A stretch of 60,182 nt of DNA from Candidatus Fraserbacteria bacterium (GCA_037443265.1 JBBIOR010000011.1:1-60182); one strand, 5' to 3'. Counted from the first letter of the stretch, positions 31,396 to 42,497 are shown. Program-made: numbers and translations. Notes: generated by a model from the sequence alone, not told the origin.

Positions 31396-32861
31396 TCAAG
31401 CGCCTCAGAGAGCTCCTCTTAGGCCTCGAGTGCGAGAGCGTCCGTGGCCCTCTTGATCCACTCGTTCATCGAATTATCTCTGACTCGCGTCAGGCTCGGC
31501 CCGGCGATCTTTTTGTGGCCATCCGTGGGAGCAAGCACGATGGGCACGAGCACGTCTTGGAAGCGCTTCGAAGAGGAGCCGTGGCCGTCGTCTGCGAGCG
31601 CATCTCCTCTCATAGATCTCTTAATGTAACGTACATCACAGTCAAAGACAGCCGGAAGGCCCTGGCTGACTTGGCCTGTGCGTTCTACGATCATCCCACT
31701 CGCAGGCTCTTTACAGTTGGGGTGACGGGCACGAAGGGCAAGAGCTCTGTGGCCCACCTGAGCGCAGCCGTGCTGGGCTTGGAACAGACAGAGCTCATCA
31801 GCACCATCACGAACGCACTCCAGAGAGGAACGGAACAGACCACGCCGGAGGCTCCGGAGATCCAGCGAATCGCTTGGGAAGCCGTGCAAGTCGAGAAGAC
31901 GCACTTCGTGCTTGAAGTCTCCGCTCACGCGCTCTCACAGGAGCGGGTGCGAGGCGTGGACTTCAACGCGGCGATCTTCACGAATCTCAGCCATGATCAT
32001 TTGGATTATTACGGCCGTACAGAGGACTATCTCCAAGCCAAGTTGAGGCTGTTTACCCAACTTCCTCCCACGGGGACGGCGATCGTGAATCTGGACGATC
32101 CCATAAGCCATCGCGTGATCGCTGCTACGCGGGCGCGCGTCTGGACCTATGGCCTGATGCGAGCGGCTGACATCTGGGCGGATGAGCTTGAGCTTGGTCC
32201 GGATGGCTCACAGGCGCTCGTCCACACGCCTCAGGGAACCTTCCCGCTGCGCCTACACTTTCCGGGGAGTTTTTATATTCAAAATGCGCTAGCGGCCGTA
32301 GGCGTGGGCTTATTGAGGGAGCTGCCGCTCTCGCTCATCCGGGATCGCCTGGAGGCCGTCCGTCACCTCGAAGGGCGTCTGGAGCGCTTTGTGACTCCCG
32401 AGGGCGTTACGATTGTGATTGATTTCGCTCACTCGCCTGACTCTCTCGCCAAGGCCATCCGAACGCTTAGGCCATTCTATAGCCAGATGATCACCGTCTT
32501 CGGCTGCGGAGGAGATTCCGATCGCCGAAAGCGCCCGATGATGGGCACAATCAGTGGCTGTCTTTCGGACTATACGATCATCACGAGTGACAACCCCAAG
32601 AGCGAAGATCCTGAAATGATCATCCATGAGATCGAGGAGGGCTTGAGGGCACTTGGGGTGCCCTATGAAGCAATCGTGGATCGGGGGAGGGCCATCCGGC
32701 GGGCGCTGGAGCTGGCCCGACCCGGCGATTGTGTGCTGATCGCAGGCAAGGGTCACGAGCGGACGCAAATCTTCAAAGATTATCAGGTTCCCTTCAATGA
32801 CAAAGCTTATCTTAAAGAGCTGGGCGTGATTGCGCCGGAAGCTCCGTGTGGCGTAGACTGA
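31392..32861 (+). CDS. murE: UDP-MurNAc-dipeptide:diamino acid ligase
   Basis: VTGTKGK, TTPE, EVSAH, FTNLSHDHLDY, FGCGGD, SDNPK and AGKGHE motifs. Confidence 0.94.
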   Translation: MIKRLRELLLGLECESVRGPLDPLVHRIISDSRQARPGDLFVAIRGSKHDGHEHVLEALRRGAVAVVCERISSHRSLNVTYITVKDSRKALADLACAFYDHPTRRLFTVGVTGTKGKSSVAHLSAAVLGLEQTELISTITNALQRGTEQTTPEAPEIQRIAWEAVQVEKTHFVLEVSAHALSQERVRGVDFNAAIFTNLSHDHLDYYGRTEDYLQAKLRLFTQLPPTGTAIVNLDDPISHRVIAATRARVWTYGLMRAADIWADELELGPDGSQALVHTPQGTFPLRLHFPGSFYIQNALAAVGVGLLRELPLSLIRDRLEAVRHLEGRLERFVTPEGVTIVIDFAHSPDSLAKAIRTLRPFYSQMITVFGCGGDSDRRKRPMMGTISGCLSDYTIITSDNPKSEDPEMIIHEIEEGLRALGVPYEAIVDRGRAIRRALELARPGDCVLIAGKGHERTQIFKDYQVPFNDKAYLKELGVIAPEAPCGVD

Positions 32862-32865
32862 GTGC

Positions 32866-33528
32866 GTGCTCAAGCTCGAAGGAATTTCAAAGATCTATGC
32901 CATAGGACGCCTGACAGTGCCAGCCCTTAAAGATATCCATTTGGAGATCGCTGCGGGAGAGTTTTTGGCGCTCATGGGGCCCTCGGGCTCGGGCAAATCC
33001 ACGCTCTTGCACATTTTGGGCGGGTTAGATTGGCCCTCCGGTGGGCGGGTGCTTTGGCAGGGGCGGGATCTCGCGACCCTGGGTGGGGCGGAATTGGCCC
33101 GCTGGCGCGGCAGACATGTTGGGTTCGTCTTCCAGACGTTCAACCTGGTCCCTGCACTCACGGCCCTAGAGAACGTCGAGCTGCCCCTGCTGTTGCGAGG
33201 AGTCTCTCCCCATAGGCGGCGCAAGCGGGCGAGCGCGTTGCTTGAGCAAGTCGGCCTAGCCGAGCGGGCACATCACAAGCCCACAGAGCTCTCCGGCGGC
33301 GAGCAGCAGCGGGTGGCATTGGCTCGGGCGTTGGTGAGCGATCCCGCGATGATCTTGGCCGACGAGCCCACCGGCAACCTCGATTCCGAAACGGGTCGTG
33401 CGATTCTGCAACTGCTTCGAGCCTTGAACCAGCAGGGCACGACGATCGTGCTGGCGACCCATAATTGGGAAGCGGCGGGGTACGCTCAACGGATCATCCG
33501 TCTGCGAGATGGTCGGCTCATGCCTTGA
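32866..33528 (+). CDS. ABC transporter ATP-binding protein (LolD/MacB-like)
   Basis: [18 protein letters not shown] and [11 protein letters not shown] motifs. Confidence 0.92.
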   Translation: MLKLEGISKIYAIGRLTVPALKDIHLEIAAGEFLALMGPSGSGKSTLLHILGGLDWPSGGRVLWQGRDLATLGGAELARWRGRHVGFVFQTFNLVPALTALENVELPLLLRGVSPHRRRKRASALLEQVGLAERAHHKPTELSGGEQQRVALARALVSDPAMILADEPTGNLDSETGRAILQLLRALNQQGTTIVLATHNWEAAGYAQRIIRLRDGRLMP

Positions 33529-33578
33529 ACCCGCGCCGCCAGTGGCACAAGTGCTCAAAGATCTGCTAGGGTGAAGCT

Positions 33579-35774
33579 GTGGAGAAGGAGAAGCACATCG
33601 CTGAAGTGGCCGTCCCCCGCGATATTGACAGGACATTCGATTATCTCATCCCGGAGGCCTTGAGGGAGCGGGTGGCGCTGGGGGTGCGCGTGCGAGTCCC
33701 CTTTCGCGGTGAGAGGCTTGTGGGCTTCGTCGTCGCCCTCAAGGCGGAGAGTTCATTCGCGGGCCGGCTCCACGAGCTGATAGAAATTCTAGATTCCTAC
33801 GCGGTGATTGATGAAGCCAGGCTGCGCTTGGCCCGCTGGATCAGCGAGTATTATCTCTGCCCGTTGGGGCTGGTCTTGCAGGCCATGGTCCCGGCGCTCC
33901 TTCGGCCCCGGGTACCGCGGACGCGCTCTTTGGTGAAGCTGAAAGCGAGCCTCTCCGACGCTCTCTGCTGGATCGACCAGATTTCTTCCACAGCGCCACA
34001 GCAGGCGGCTCTGTTAAGAGCGCTCCTGGCTCATGGCCCTCTTCTCTCCGCCCCTGAGCTCCTTAAGCGAGCGGGTTGCTCTGCGGCTCCTCTGAAAGCC
34101 CTGGAAGAACGCGGCTTGATCGCGCTGGAGCGGCGCCCCATCCTCCCGCGCGTTACCATGCCGTTCCATGAAGAAGCGATGGAGATCTCGCTCTCTGCCG
34201 CTCAGCAGGCGTCTTTGGAAGAGATCCGCTCCGGCCTCAAACGAGGGGGCGGGCGCTTTTTGCTACACGGGGTCAACGCCAGCGGCAAGACTGAAATTTA
34301 TATCCAGAGCGTCCAACAAGCCTTGGAGCTGGGGAAAGGGGCCATCGTGATTGTCCCTGAGATCTCGCTGACACCTCAATTGATTGCCCGCTTCCGCGCG
34401 CGCTTTGGCGAGGACGTCGCCGTGTATCACAGCCAGCTGACGGAGGCTCAGAGGGCGCGCGAGTGGCAGCGCCTACGAGCTGGAGAAGCCCAGGTGGCCA
34501 TCGGGATTCGTGCGGCCGTCTTCGCGCCGCTGGATCGGCTAGGGCTCATTGTGATTGACGAAGAGCACGAGCCCACCTACAAGCAGGACGACCCCGCGCC
34601 GCGCTACCACGCCAGGGAAGTGGCCTTCAAACGGGCGGAGCTTTCGGGCGCTGTGGTGGTGTTAGGCAGCGCCACCCCTTCTGTGGAGAGCTACTGGCGG
34701 GCCAGGCAGGGCGGCTTGCGTCTGTTAGAACTCAAAGAGCGCGTGGTCGGAGGGAACCCACCTGAGGCGACGGTCGTGGATCTGGCCGGAGAAGATCGCT
34801 TGCTCAGCCCCGTTTTGAAGCAGAAGATCGCCGGGCGCCTGAAGGCGGGCGAACAGGTGCTTCTGCTGCTCAATCTGAGGGGATTCGCCCGAGGTGCCTT
34901 CTGCCGAGCGTGCCGAACGACACAGAAGTGCCCGCGCTGTCAGATCGCGCTCGTCTATCATCTTAGGGGCCAGCGCCTCCGATGTCATTATTGCGGCCAG
35001 ACGTATCCCGTGGGCCGGTGTCGCTCGTGTGGCTCGAAAGAGTTGATCTTCCTGGGCGCGGGGACGGAGCAGGCCGAGCTCTTACTGCGCGAGACCTTTC
35101 CCGGAGCCACGATCGCCCGCATGGACTCTGATGCCCTAAGAAGAGGCCAGCACGGGATTATCTTAGAGCACTTCCGTCGAGGCGAGATTCAAATTCTTCT
35201 AGGCACGCAAATGATCGGCCTAGGGCTCGATTTCCCCAACGTGACCCTGGTGGGCGTGCTCTTGGCAGATACGCTCTTGGATCTGCCGGATTTCCGTGCC
35301 GGAGAGCGGACGTTTCAACTCATCAGCCAAGCCGTCGGCCGAGCCGGGCGGGGCGAAAAGCCCGGAGAAGTCGTCATCCAGACGAATCACCCTGAGCACT
35401 ATGCCGTCGCCCAAGCTGTACAGCAGCAATATGAGGCGTTCTATCAAGAGGAGCTGATCTTCCGCCGGACGCTCAACTACCCGCCCTTCGCGCATTTGAT
35501 CAAACTCACGTGCGAGGATCGCACAGAGGAACGGGCACAGCAGCAGGCCCAGACGCTCGGCACAGCGCTAAGTCGCGCCCGCATGAAGGGCCTGGAGGTG
35601 CTCGGCCCCTTCAAAGCGCTGCCCTATCGCGTTCGTGGGAACTTCCGCTGGCAGCTCGTGCTCAAGGCAAAAGACGTGCTGGGGACGAACGCCCTGCTCT
35701 GCCAGACCCTGGCAGAGACGGGGCTCTCCGCAGGGGTCAAAATCGATGTCGACCCTCAGAGCCTCATCGTGTGA
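33579..35774 (+). CDS. priA: Primosomal protein N' (replication restart helicase)
   Basis: SGKTE, VPEISLTPQ, DEEH, GSATPS, four CxxC motifs and GRAGR. Confidence 0.96.
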   Translation: MEKEKHIAEVAVPRDIDRTFDYLIPEALRERVALGVRVRVPFRGERLVGFVVALKAESSFAGRLHELIEILDSYAVIDEARLRLARWISEYYLCPLGLVLQAMVPALLRPRVPRTRSLVKLKASLSDALCWIDQISSTAPQQAALLRALLAHGPLLSAPELLKRAGCSAAPLKALEERGLIALERRPILPRVTMPFHEEAMEISLSAAQQASLEEIRSGLKRGGGRFLLHGVNASGKTEIYIQSVQQALELGKGAIVIVPEISLTPQLIARFRARFGEDVAVYHSQLTEAQRAREWQRLRAGEAQVAIGIRAAVFAPLDRLGLIVIDEEHEPTYKQDDPAPRYHAREVAFKRAELSGAVVVLGSATPSVESYWRARQGGLRLLELKERVVGGNPPEATVVDLAGEDRLLSPVLKQKIAGRLKAGEQVLLLLNLRGFARGAFCRACRTTQKCPRCQIALVYHLRGQRLRCHYCGQTYPVGRCRSCGSKELIFLGAGTEQAELLLRETFPGATIARMDSDALRRGQHGIILEHFRRGEIQILLGTQMIGLGLDFPNVTLVGVLLADTLLDLPDFRAGERTFQLISQAVGRAGRGEKPGEVVIQTNHPEHYAVAQAVQQQYEAFYQEELIFRRTLNYPPFAHLIKLTCEDRTEERAQQQAQTLGTALSRARMKGLEVLGPFKALPYRVRGNFRWQLVLKAKDVLGTNALLCQTLAETGLSAGVKIDVDPQSLIV

Positions 35775-35808
35775 ACTTTGCAGGGTAGCTGCCGGCTGAT
35801 GGATCTCA

Positions 35809-35837
35809 TTGATTCGTCCTCGTCTCTGAGCTATTCT
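35809..35837 (+). promoter_or_regulatory. hem operon promoter
   Basis: TTGATT-17nt-TATTCT, with SD GAGGAG before hemA. Confidence 0.5.
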
Positions 35838-35871
35838 AGAATGTGCCTGGTACGCGCTTAAGAGGAGCACC

Positions 35872-37137
35872 ATGCGACTGATTGCGGCAGGACTCAGCTA
35901 CAAGACGGCGCCTCTTGAACTGCTCGAGAGAGTTGCCTACACGCATGATCGCCTGCCGGATGGGCTGAGGGCGCTACGGGCGCAGGCGTCCCTGGCGGAA
36001 GCCGTGATTCTGTCCACCTGCCATCGAACGGAGCTCTATGGCGTCACAGCCGGAGATCCTCGTGAAGCCCAGCAACAGATGGCCCGCTTTTTGGGCTCGT
36101 TTCATGTCGTGAGAGAGGCCGAGCTTCTGCCACATCTGTGCTTTTATGAAGATGGGGGAGTCGCGCAGCATCTCTTTGCGGTGGCAGCGGGCCTGGAGTC
36201 GATGGTCTTGGGCGAGCCTCAGGTGCTGGGCCAAGTGCGCGCCGCCTTGGGAGAGGCCTTGGGCTGCGGGACAGTCGGGAAGATTCTTTCGAGGCTCTTT
36301 CGAGCGGCGGTACGAGTGGGAAAGCGCGCGCGCACGGAGACGGGCATCGCCCGCACCCCACTCTCCATCAGCTCATTGGCCGTCTCTCTGGCCGAGCAAG
36401 TCCTGGGGAGTTTGTGCGGTAAGGAGGCGCTCATCGTGGGCTCCGGCGAGATGAGCGTGTTGGCCGCAAGGCTGCTCTTCAAGCGCGGTATCCAGAAGCT
36501 CAAAGTGACCAGTCGCCGGTATGAGCGAGCTCTGTCTTTCGCAGGCTCTCTCCAGGGAGAAGCCGTTCCTTGGGAAGCTTTACCAGAGGCCCTCCAGCAG
36601 GCGGATCTGGTCATCAGCTCTACAGCCGCGCCCCATGCGGTGATAAGCGCTGAGATGATCCGTCAGGCTATGAGACGGCGAAGACGCCCGCTGATTCTGA
36701 TCGACATCGCCATGCCGCGCGACATCGAACCGGAGGCCGGAAAGATCGCCAACGTCTACCTCTATAATCTCGACGCCTTGCAGGCCGTCGTCGAGAAGAA
36801 TGGGCAGCAGCGCGCGCGTGAGATCCCCTCCGTTCAAGCCATCATTGAAGAAGAGGTGCATGATTTTATGGAGTGGCTTCAGACGCTCCGGGCCATCCCC
36901 ACGCTCAAGGCGCTGCGGGATCGCGCAGAGCAGATCCGCACGCAGGAGCTTAAGCGGGCACTTCAGCGCCTTGGCCCCATCTCCGAGCGGGAGAAGCAGA
37001 TCATCGAGCAGCTGAGCTCTCGGATTGTCAAAAAACTTCTGCACGAGCCGACCGTGCGCCTCAAGCAAGAGGGAAGCCGAAATGGCTCTCTGGAACAACT
37101 GGCCCGCGAGCTCTTCGGCCTTAAGGAGGAGCCGTGA
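35872..37137 (+). CDS. hemA: Glutamyl-tRNA reductase
   Basis: LSTCHRTE, GLESMVLGEPQVLGQV and DIAMPRDI motifs. Confidence 0.96.
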   Translation: MRLIAAGLSYKTAPLELLERVAYTHDRLPDGLRALRAQASLAEAVILSTCHRTELYGVTAGDPREAQQQMARFLGSFHVVREAELLPHLCFYEDGGVAQHLFAVAAGLESMVLGEPQVLGQVRAALGEALGCGTVGKILSRLFRAAVRVGKRARTETGIARTPLSISSLAVSLAEQVLGSLCGKEALIVGSGEMSVLAARLLFKRGIQKLKVTSRRYERALSFAGSLQGEAVPWEALPEALQQADLVISSTAAPHAVISAEMIRQAMRRRRRPLILIDIAMPRDIEPEAGKIANVYLYNLDALQAVVEKNGQQRAREIPSVQAIIEEEVHDFMEWLQTLRAIPTLKALRDRAEQIRTQELKRALQRLGPISEREKQIIEQLSSRIVKKLLHEPTVRLKQEGSRNGSLEQLARELFGLKEEP

Positions 37138-38057
37138 AAGAGGTCACGATCGGCACACGGGGGAGCCGGTTGGCGCTCGCCCAAACCGAGTTGGTCGCCG
37201 CAGAGCTTCGTAGGCTCTACCCAGAGATCGCATGGCACATCGAAGTGATTCAGACCGAGGGAGATCGTTTCAGAGGGGCGCCGTTGCCCGTCCTAGGAGG
37301 CCAGGGCGTCTTCATCAAAGAGCTCGAAGAGGCTCTTCTGGACGGCGAGATCGATCTGGCCGTCCATAGTCTAAAAGACATGCCCACAAAGCAGCCGGAG
37401 GGACTTTTGATCGCAGCGGTGCTTGAGCGAGAGGACCCGCGAGATGTGCTGATCTCCCGAGAGGGGCTTTCCTTAAGAGCACTGCCCAAGGCCGCTCGGG
37501 TGGGGACGGGGAGTCCGCGGCGTATGGCACAGCTTTTGGCGTTTCGCCCGGATCTTCGTGTGCTGGAGGTGCGTGGCAACGTCGAGACCCGGCTTCGCAA
37601 GCTCGAGGAGGGTCGATTTGACGCGATCCTCTTGGCCGCCGCGGGCCTGGTGCGTCTGGGGTTGGCGTCGCACATCACGGAGCCTCTTCCATGTTCGATC
37701 ATGCTGCCGGCTGTGGGGCAAGGGGCACTGGCTCTGGAAGTGCGCGAAGATGATGCTGAGATGCAGGGACTGGTTCAGCCGCTGGATCATAAGCCGACGC
37801 GGATGGCTGTGGAGGCCGAGCGGGCCTTCTTGCGGGCCTTGGAAGGCGGCTGCCGCGCTCCCATCACAGCGTATGGCTGCGTAAAAGACAAGCAGCTTTT
37901 GCTCGAAGGGCTGGTCGCCCGTCCCGACGGGACAGAGTTGTTCCGCGATCGGCTGGCGGGTGATCCCAGGCAGAGGGAAGAGCTGGCGAGACGCCTAGCA
38001 AGAAGGCTCTTAAGGCAAGGAGCCGAAAAGATCCTTCAGGAAGTGCGCCATGGATGA
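37134..38057 (+). CDS. hemC: Hydroxymethylbilane synthase
   Basis: GTRGSRLALAQ, VHSLKDMP, RGNVETR and LEGGC motifs. Confidence 0.97.
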   Translation: MKEVTIGTRGSRLALAQTELVAAELRRLYPEIAWHIEVIQTEGDRFRGAPLPVLGGQGVFIKELEEALLDGEIDLAVHSLKDMPTKQPEGLLIAAVLEREDPRDVLISREGLSLRALPKAARVGTGSPRRMAQLLAFRPDLRVLEVRGNVETRLRKLEEGRFDAILLAAAGLVRLGLASHITEPLPCSIMLPAVGQGALALEVREDDAEMQGLVQPLDHKPTRMAVEAERAFLRALEGGCRAPITAYGCVKDKQLLLEGLVARPDGTELFRDRLAGDPRQREELARRLARRLLRQGAEKILQEVRHG

Positions 38058-38838
38058 GAAGCCCCTGCGGGGCCTTCGAGTTCTTGTGACGAGGCCTGAA
38101 GAGGTCGCTGAGGTGCTTGCGGAGCGATTGCGCACTCTGGGCGCTTTCCCCATCGTGCTTCCTACGATCCAGTTCAGGCCGCCGGCAGATCCCCGCCCGC
38201 TGGATCGCGCGATCCAGTGCTTGAAGCACAAGGAATATAATTGGGTGATCTTTACCAGCGCCACTGGGGTGCGATTCTTCTGGAAGCGTCTGGCTGCTTG
38301 GGGGCATGATCCGCAGCTCTTCTCGGGTGTGAAGCTGGCGGCGATTGGGCCGGCTACGGCGCAAGCTCTAAAAGAGCGCGGCGTGTGTGTCGATTACGTC
38401 CCGCCGCGCTATGTGGCAGAGGAGATCGCTGCGGGCCTGGGTGATGTCACTCATCAGAAGATCCTGCTCCCTCGGGCTGACATCGCGAGAAAGGCGTTCG
38501 CCCAGCTTCTTTTGCAAAGAGGGGCTCAGGTGGATGAGATTGCTGTCTATCGAACGGAGCCAGTCAAGATAGAAGAAGCTCAAATGGCTCGAATCAAAGC
38601 CATGCTACAAGGAGCGCAGATCGACGTGGTGGCGTTCACCAGTTCCTCGACGGTGCGCCATTTTTTGGGGCTTTTGGAAGATCCTTCGTTGCTCAAAGGG
38701 GCGATCATCGTGTGCATCGGGCCGATCACGGCAGCGACGGCCCAGGAGTTAGGGCTTAAGGTAAACATCGTGGCTCGGGAGCACACGATCGAGGGCTTGA
38801 TCCAAGCCACCATTGAGGAGGTGAAAGCGCATGCGTAA
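38050..38838 (+). CDS. hemD: Uroporphyrinogen-III synthase
   Basis: [28 protein letters not shown] and IGPITA motifs. Confidence 0.93.
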   Translation: MDEKPLRGLRVLVTRPEEVAEVLAERLRTLGAFPIVLPTIQFRPPADPRPLDRAIQCLKHKEYNWVIFTSATGVRFFWKRLAAWGHDPQLFSGVKLAAIGPATAQALKERGVCVDYVPPRYVAEEIAAGLGDVTHQKILLPRADIARKAFAQLLLQRGAQVDEIAVYRTEPVKIEEAQMARIKAMLQGAQIDVVAFTSSSTVRHFLGLLEDPSLLKGAIIVCIGPITAATAQELGLKVNIVAREHTIEGLIQATIEEVKAHA

Positions 38839-39820
38839 GCTCAAATTTGGAATGCTCAGTCGCAGGCCACGGAGGTTGCGAGGGAGCGATTCACTGCGCA
38901 GATTGGTGCGTGAGACACGACTCTCTGTCGATCAATTGATCTATCCGTTGTTTGTGCGCTTTGGCCGCAGTATACGTGAGGAGATCCCTTCGATGCCCGG
39001 CCAGTATCGACTCTCGCCGGATGAGCTTCCCAAAGAGGCCGAGGAGATCGCAAAATTGGGAATTCCCGCGGTGCTCCTCTTCGGCCTGCCGGCGCACAAA
39101 GATGAGCTGGGAACCGGCGCCTATGATGATCGTGGCATCGTCCAAGAAGCGACTCGCACGCTCAAGAGAGCCGTTCCAGAAATACTGGTCATCACGGACG
39201 TCTGCTTGTGCGAATACACCAGCCACGGGCACTGTGGTGCCGTTCGAGATGGAGATGTGGAGAACGATGAGACGCTTGAACTCTTGGCGCGAACGGCCGT
39301 ATCTCAAGCGGCCGCGGGTGCGGATCTCGTGGCTCCGAGCGCGATGATGGACGGTCAAGTGAGAGCCATCCGCGAGGCTCTAGATGAGGCTGGCTTTCAG
39401 AATACGCCCATTATGAGCTATTCCGCGAAATATGCGTCGGCGTTCTATGGCCCCTTCCGCGAAGCAGCAGACTCAGCCCCTCAATTTGGCGATCGTCGGG
39501 GCTATCAGATGGATCCCCCGAACGTGCGCGAGGCCTTGAGAGAGATCGAGCTGGACATCGCCGAAGGAGCAGACATGGTGATGGTGAAGCCCGCGTTGGC
39601 TTATCTGGACGTGATCCGCGCGGTGCGAGAGCGCTTTGAACTCCCCTTGGCGGCCTACAACGTGAGCGGCGAGTACGCCATGGTCAAAGCGGCTGTTAGA
39701 GAGGGCTGGCTGGATGAAGAGCGCATTGTGCCTGAGATCATGACGGCTATCGTGCGGGCCGGGGCGAATCTTGTGATCACGTATTTTGCGAAAGACTTAG
39801 CCAGGCTGCTTGGAAGATAA
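38831..39820 (+). CDS. hemB: Porphobilinogen synthase
   Basis: [26 protein letters not shown] and YNVSGEY motifs. Confidence 0.97.
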   Translation: MRKLKFGMLSRRPRRLRGSDSLRRLVRETRLSVDQLIYPLFVRFGRSIREEIPSMPGQYRLSPDELPKEAEEIAKLGIPAVLLFGLPAHKDELGTGAYDDRGIVQEATRTLKRAVPEILVITDVCLCEYTSHGHCGAVRDGDVENDETLELLARTAVSQAAAGADLVAPSAMMDGQVRAIREALDEAGFQNTPIMSYSAKYASAFYGPFREAADSAPQFGDRRGYQMDPPNVREALREIELDIAEGADMVMVKPALAYLDVIRAVRERFELPLAAYNVSGEYAMVKAAVREGWLDEERIVPEIMTAIVRAGANLVITYFAKDLARLLGR

Positions 39821-40060
39821 GCTCGCCTGCATCCAAGCGGCTCGCAGCTCCTCCTCGCTCAGTCGTCCGCGCACGCGCTCCACGCCGTCGATGGCAATTA
39901 CGGGAATATCAAAACAATAACGCTCAAAGAGAGCTTGATCGCTTGTGATATCGATCACTTCCATCTCATAGCGAAACTCTCTCTGGAGCTTGCGCAGAAG
40001 CTTCTCGGCCTTGGCGCACAACGGGCAATCCGACTTGCTGTAGAGCGTGACTTTGCTCAT
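39797..40060 (-). CDS. Glutaredoxin-like protein (DUF836 type)
   Basis: [10 protein letters not shown] and DIPVI motifs, upstream TATAAT on the minus strand. Confidence 0.85.
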   Translation of the reverse strand: MSKVTLYSKSDCPLCAKAEKLLRKLQREFRYEMEVIDITSDQALFERYCFDIPVIAIDGVERVRGRLSEEELRAAWMQASLSSKQPG

Positions 40061-40113
40061 ATGAACCCGCAAAGATTATACTTCGTGTATCTCTTTGTCC
40101 AAGAAGAAAGGAC

Positions 40114-41103
40114 ATGAGTCTCGACTGGCTGGCTCTTATGGCGATCCCCCTGGTGGCTGCAGCCATTGGGTATTTCACAAACTGGGTTGCCATCTGGATG
40201 CTCTTTCGGCCACATACGGTAAAGCGCATCTTCGGGCTCAGAATTCCCTTTACGCCCGGCCTCATCCCCGCACGACGCCTGGAGATGGCCGAGCGCCTGG
40301 GAGCGGCCGTCGCCCAGCACCTCGTCACAGAAGAGGCGATCGCCACCAGACTCGATACTCCAGAAGTCCGTGCGAAGATCGAAGAGATCACCTGCGGTTA
40401 TCTCGATGAATTGTTCTCAAAAGATCTGGGCCCGCTTGCGGCTCACGTTCCACCGCCTCTCAAAGAGCTGGCCTACCGGAAGATCGAAGATCTGATGCCT
40501 CTTCTGCTCGAGAGATTGGCCTGCGTGTTGGCAGACGAAAAGCTCAAAAGGATCATCAAGATCGAGATCTACGAGTCGCTCGATCGACTCTTGACCCAGA
40601 CATTCAAGGCGGATTCGCTCTGGGATCAGTTGAAATTTAAGCTGCTGGAGGCATTTGTCATCAGCACAGACGAGATCAAGGAGAAGATCGAGCGCTCTGT
40701 CGATGAAGCCGGCCCGCGGCTAGCCACTCTACTCCAACGCGAGGAAGTCAAAATGAGAATGTATGACGCGCTCCGTGGTGCTGTCGATGAATTCTTGGCC
40801 CGTCCGCTGGGCAGGCTGCGCGATCATCTCTCTGAAGAACACGCCCTTAAGAGTAAGGCCTGGCTGGCTGAGAAGGTACTTGAGATCCTAAAGCGCGAGA
40901 CGCCTAAGCTGATCCGGGCCATCGATGTCCAGGGACTGGTACGGGAGAAAGTGAACGAGATGCCCCTGGCCGAGGTCGAGCGCTTAATTTTAGCCATCAC
41001 CAGCCGGCAGCTTAAGGCCATCACGTGGTTTGGGGCTCTTTTGGGTTTTCTGATCGGCTTGATTCAAGTGGCGTTCTTGCTTGTGCGTGGCGGACTCCAG
41101 TAG
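40114..41103 (+). CDS. DUF445 family membrane protein
   Basis: IGYFTNWVAIWMLFRP, GLIPAR and C-terminal I...GALLGFLIG. Confidence 0.88.
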   Translation: MSLDWLALMAIPLVAAAIGYFTNWVAIWMLFRPHTVKRIFGLRIPFTPGLIPARRLEMAERLGAAVAQHLVTEEAIATRLDTPEVRAKIEEITCGYLDELFSKDLGPLAAHVPPPLKELAYRKIEDLMPLLLERLACVLADEKLKRIIKIEIYESLDRLLTQTFKADSLWDQLKFKLLEAFVISTDEIKEKIERSVDEAGPRLATLLQREEVKMRMYDALRGAVDEFLARPLGRLRDHLSEEHALKSKAWLAEKVLEILKRETPKLIRAIDVQGLVREKVNEMPLAEVERLILAITSRQLKAITWFGALLGFLIGLIQVAFLLVRGGLQ

Positions 41104-42017
41104 CGATGATCCGGGAGCCTTGCGACTAAGCCGCGCTCCTCCAAGGCTTCCAGATGGGCTTGGACTTCACCGGCTCCCAGGAGCGCGTGGTGCTCTCTCA
41201 TCTTCCCAAAGAGCAATAGGGCGATCTCATAGACGGTTCTCGGCTTCCTATCAGATAAGATCGCCCGAATGCGCTCTGCGCGTTCTTGGTGATGAGTGAG
41301 AATCGCCTCGATGCGCCCTGTGGAATCCATGATCTCGTCCCCATGTCCGGGCAGCACGCGCGCCCCCGAGAATCTTCTAAGCCTCTTAAGCGACGCGCGA
41401 TATTTGAAGAGCATACCAGAAGCACTGAGGTCTGTTGCACCGATGTTGGGCGTGTAATCGGGTAAGAGATGATCTCCGGTGAAGAGCACGTCTTCCAGCA
41501 GGAAGCAGGCGGAGCCCTGGGTGTGGCCGGGGGTGTGAATCACGAGCAGCTCTGAATGGCCAAGAGGGATCTTCTGCCCATCGCGGAGCGCTTCGGCGCT
41601 CACAGAGCGCCCCAGCCGCGCGAAGCGCCGGGCGATGACGTCGATGAGCCTCCGCGGAAGGCCCCAGAGGCACATCTTTTCTAAATACAAGCGATGGATG
41701 AGATCGTAGCGCTCATCGAAGTGCGCCACATCCTGCTGATCGTCTTGGTGAATGTAGACGCGCGCGCCGCAGACCTCTTGGAGGCGGTGGGCCAGCCCAA
41801 AATGATCTAGATGCTTGTGCGTGAGAAAGATCTTTTTGATCTCTTCGACTCGATAGCCGTGTTGAGTAAGGGCGCGCTCCAAAGTTGAAAAGGCTTCCGG
41901 CGTATCGATGCCGGTGTCGATGAGCGCAAGCTCCCCAGCATCGATGAGATAAGCGTTGTTATCGCGTTCGAAGTAGGGATTGGGAAGCTGGATGGAAAGG
42001 ACGCGCGCCTCGGACAC
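41064..42017 (-). CDS. MBL-fold metallo-hydrolase with C-terminal winged helix
   Basis: LIDTG, THKHLDH, TPGHT, FTGDH and PGHG motifs. Confidence 0.9.
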   Translation of the reverse strand: MSEARVLSIQLPNPYFERDNNAYLIDAGELALIDTGIDTPEAFSTLERALTQHGYRVEEIKKIFLTHKHLDHFGLAHRLQEVCGARVYIHQDDQQDVAHFDERYDLIHRLYLEKMCLWGLPRRLIDVIARRFARLGRSVSAEALRDGQKIPLGHSELLVIHTPGHTQGSACFLLEDVLFTGDHLLPDYTPNIGATDLSASGMLFKYRASLKRLRRFSGARVLPGHGDEIMDSTGRIEAILTHHQERAERIRAILSDRKPRTVYEIALLLFGKMREHHALLGAGEVQAHLEALEERGLVARLPDHRYWSPPRTSKNAT

Positions 42018-42020
42018 GAT

Positions 42021-42485
42021 TTATGCCTTCTTCTTGAAGAAGAGCCAGTTCTTTGGGTCTTCGTCGGGCTGAAAGCGAATTAGACAATATCTTCCTTGGA
42101 GCTTTTCGCCCTGAATATCGATGATAATCTCGTTTTTGTCCCAGTGGATGGGCGTAAAGTATCCGCGGTCCCAAAGCTCGACTCTTCCCGCACCGTACTC
42201 CCCTTCTGGGATGGTGCCCTCGAAGCTCCCATACTCGATCGGGTGATCTTCCACCTCCACGGCCAAGCGGCGCTCGCCCTGCTTCCTAGGAGGTTCTTTG
42301 GGGACCGCCCAGCTTTTGAGCACTCCGTCTTTCTCCAGTCGCAGATCCCAGTGGAGGCGGCGGGCTTGATGTTTCTGGATGACGTATAGCAACTTGGTTC
42401 CCTCAGAAGATCTTCGTGAATCGGAGCCTGAAGGCTCTTTTGTCCTCGTGAAATCCCGCTTCTTGCGATATTTCCCCAGGGTCAT
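42021..42485 (-). CDS. Stand-alone LigD 3'-phosphoesterase (PE) domain protein
   Basis: [38 protein letters not shown] and GEYGAG motifs. Confidence 0.92.
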   Translation of the reverse strand: MTLGKYRKKRDFTRTKEPSGSDSRRSSEGTKLLYVIQKHQARRLHWDLRLEKDGVLKSWAVPKEPPRKQGERRLAVEVEDHPIEYGSFEGTIPEGEYGAGRVELWDRGYFTPIHWDKNEIIIDIQGEKLQGRYCLIRFQPDEDPKNWLFFKKKA

Positions 42486-42497
42486 CTCATCCTTACG

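Noticed and set aside
39944..39959. Near-perfect CRP-like palindrome TGTGA-N6-TCACT
   Set aside because: It lies inside the glutaredoxin CDS (codons for VIDIT) and about 137 nt from the nearest likely TSS, so it is probably coincidental.
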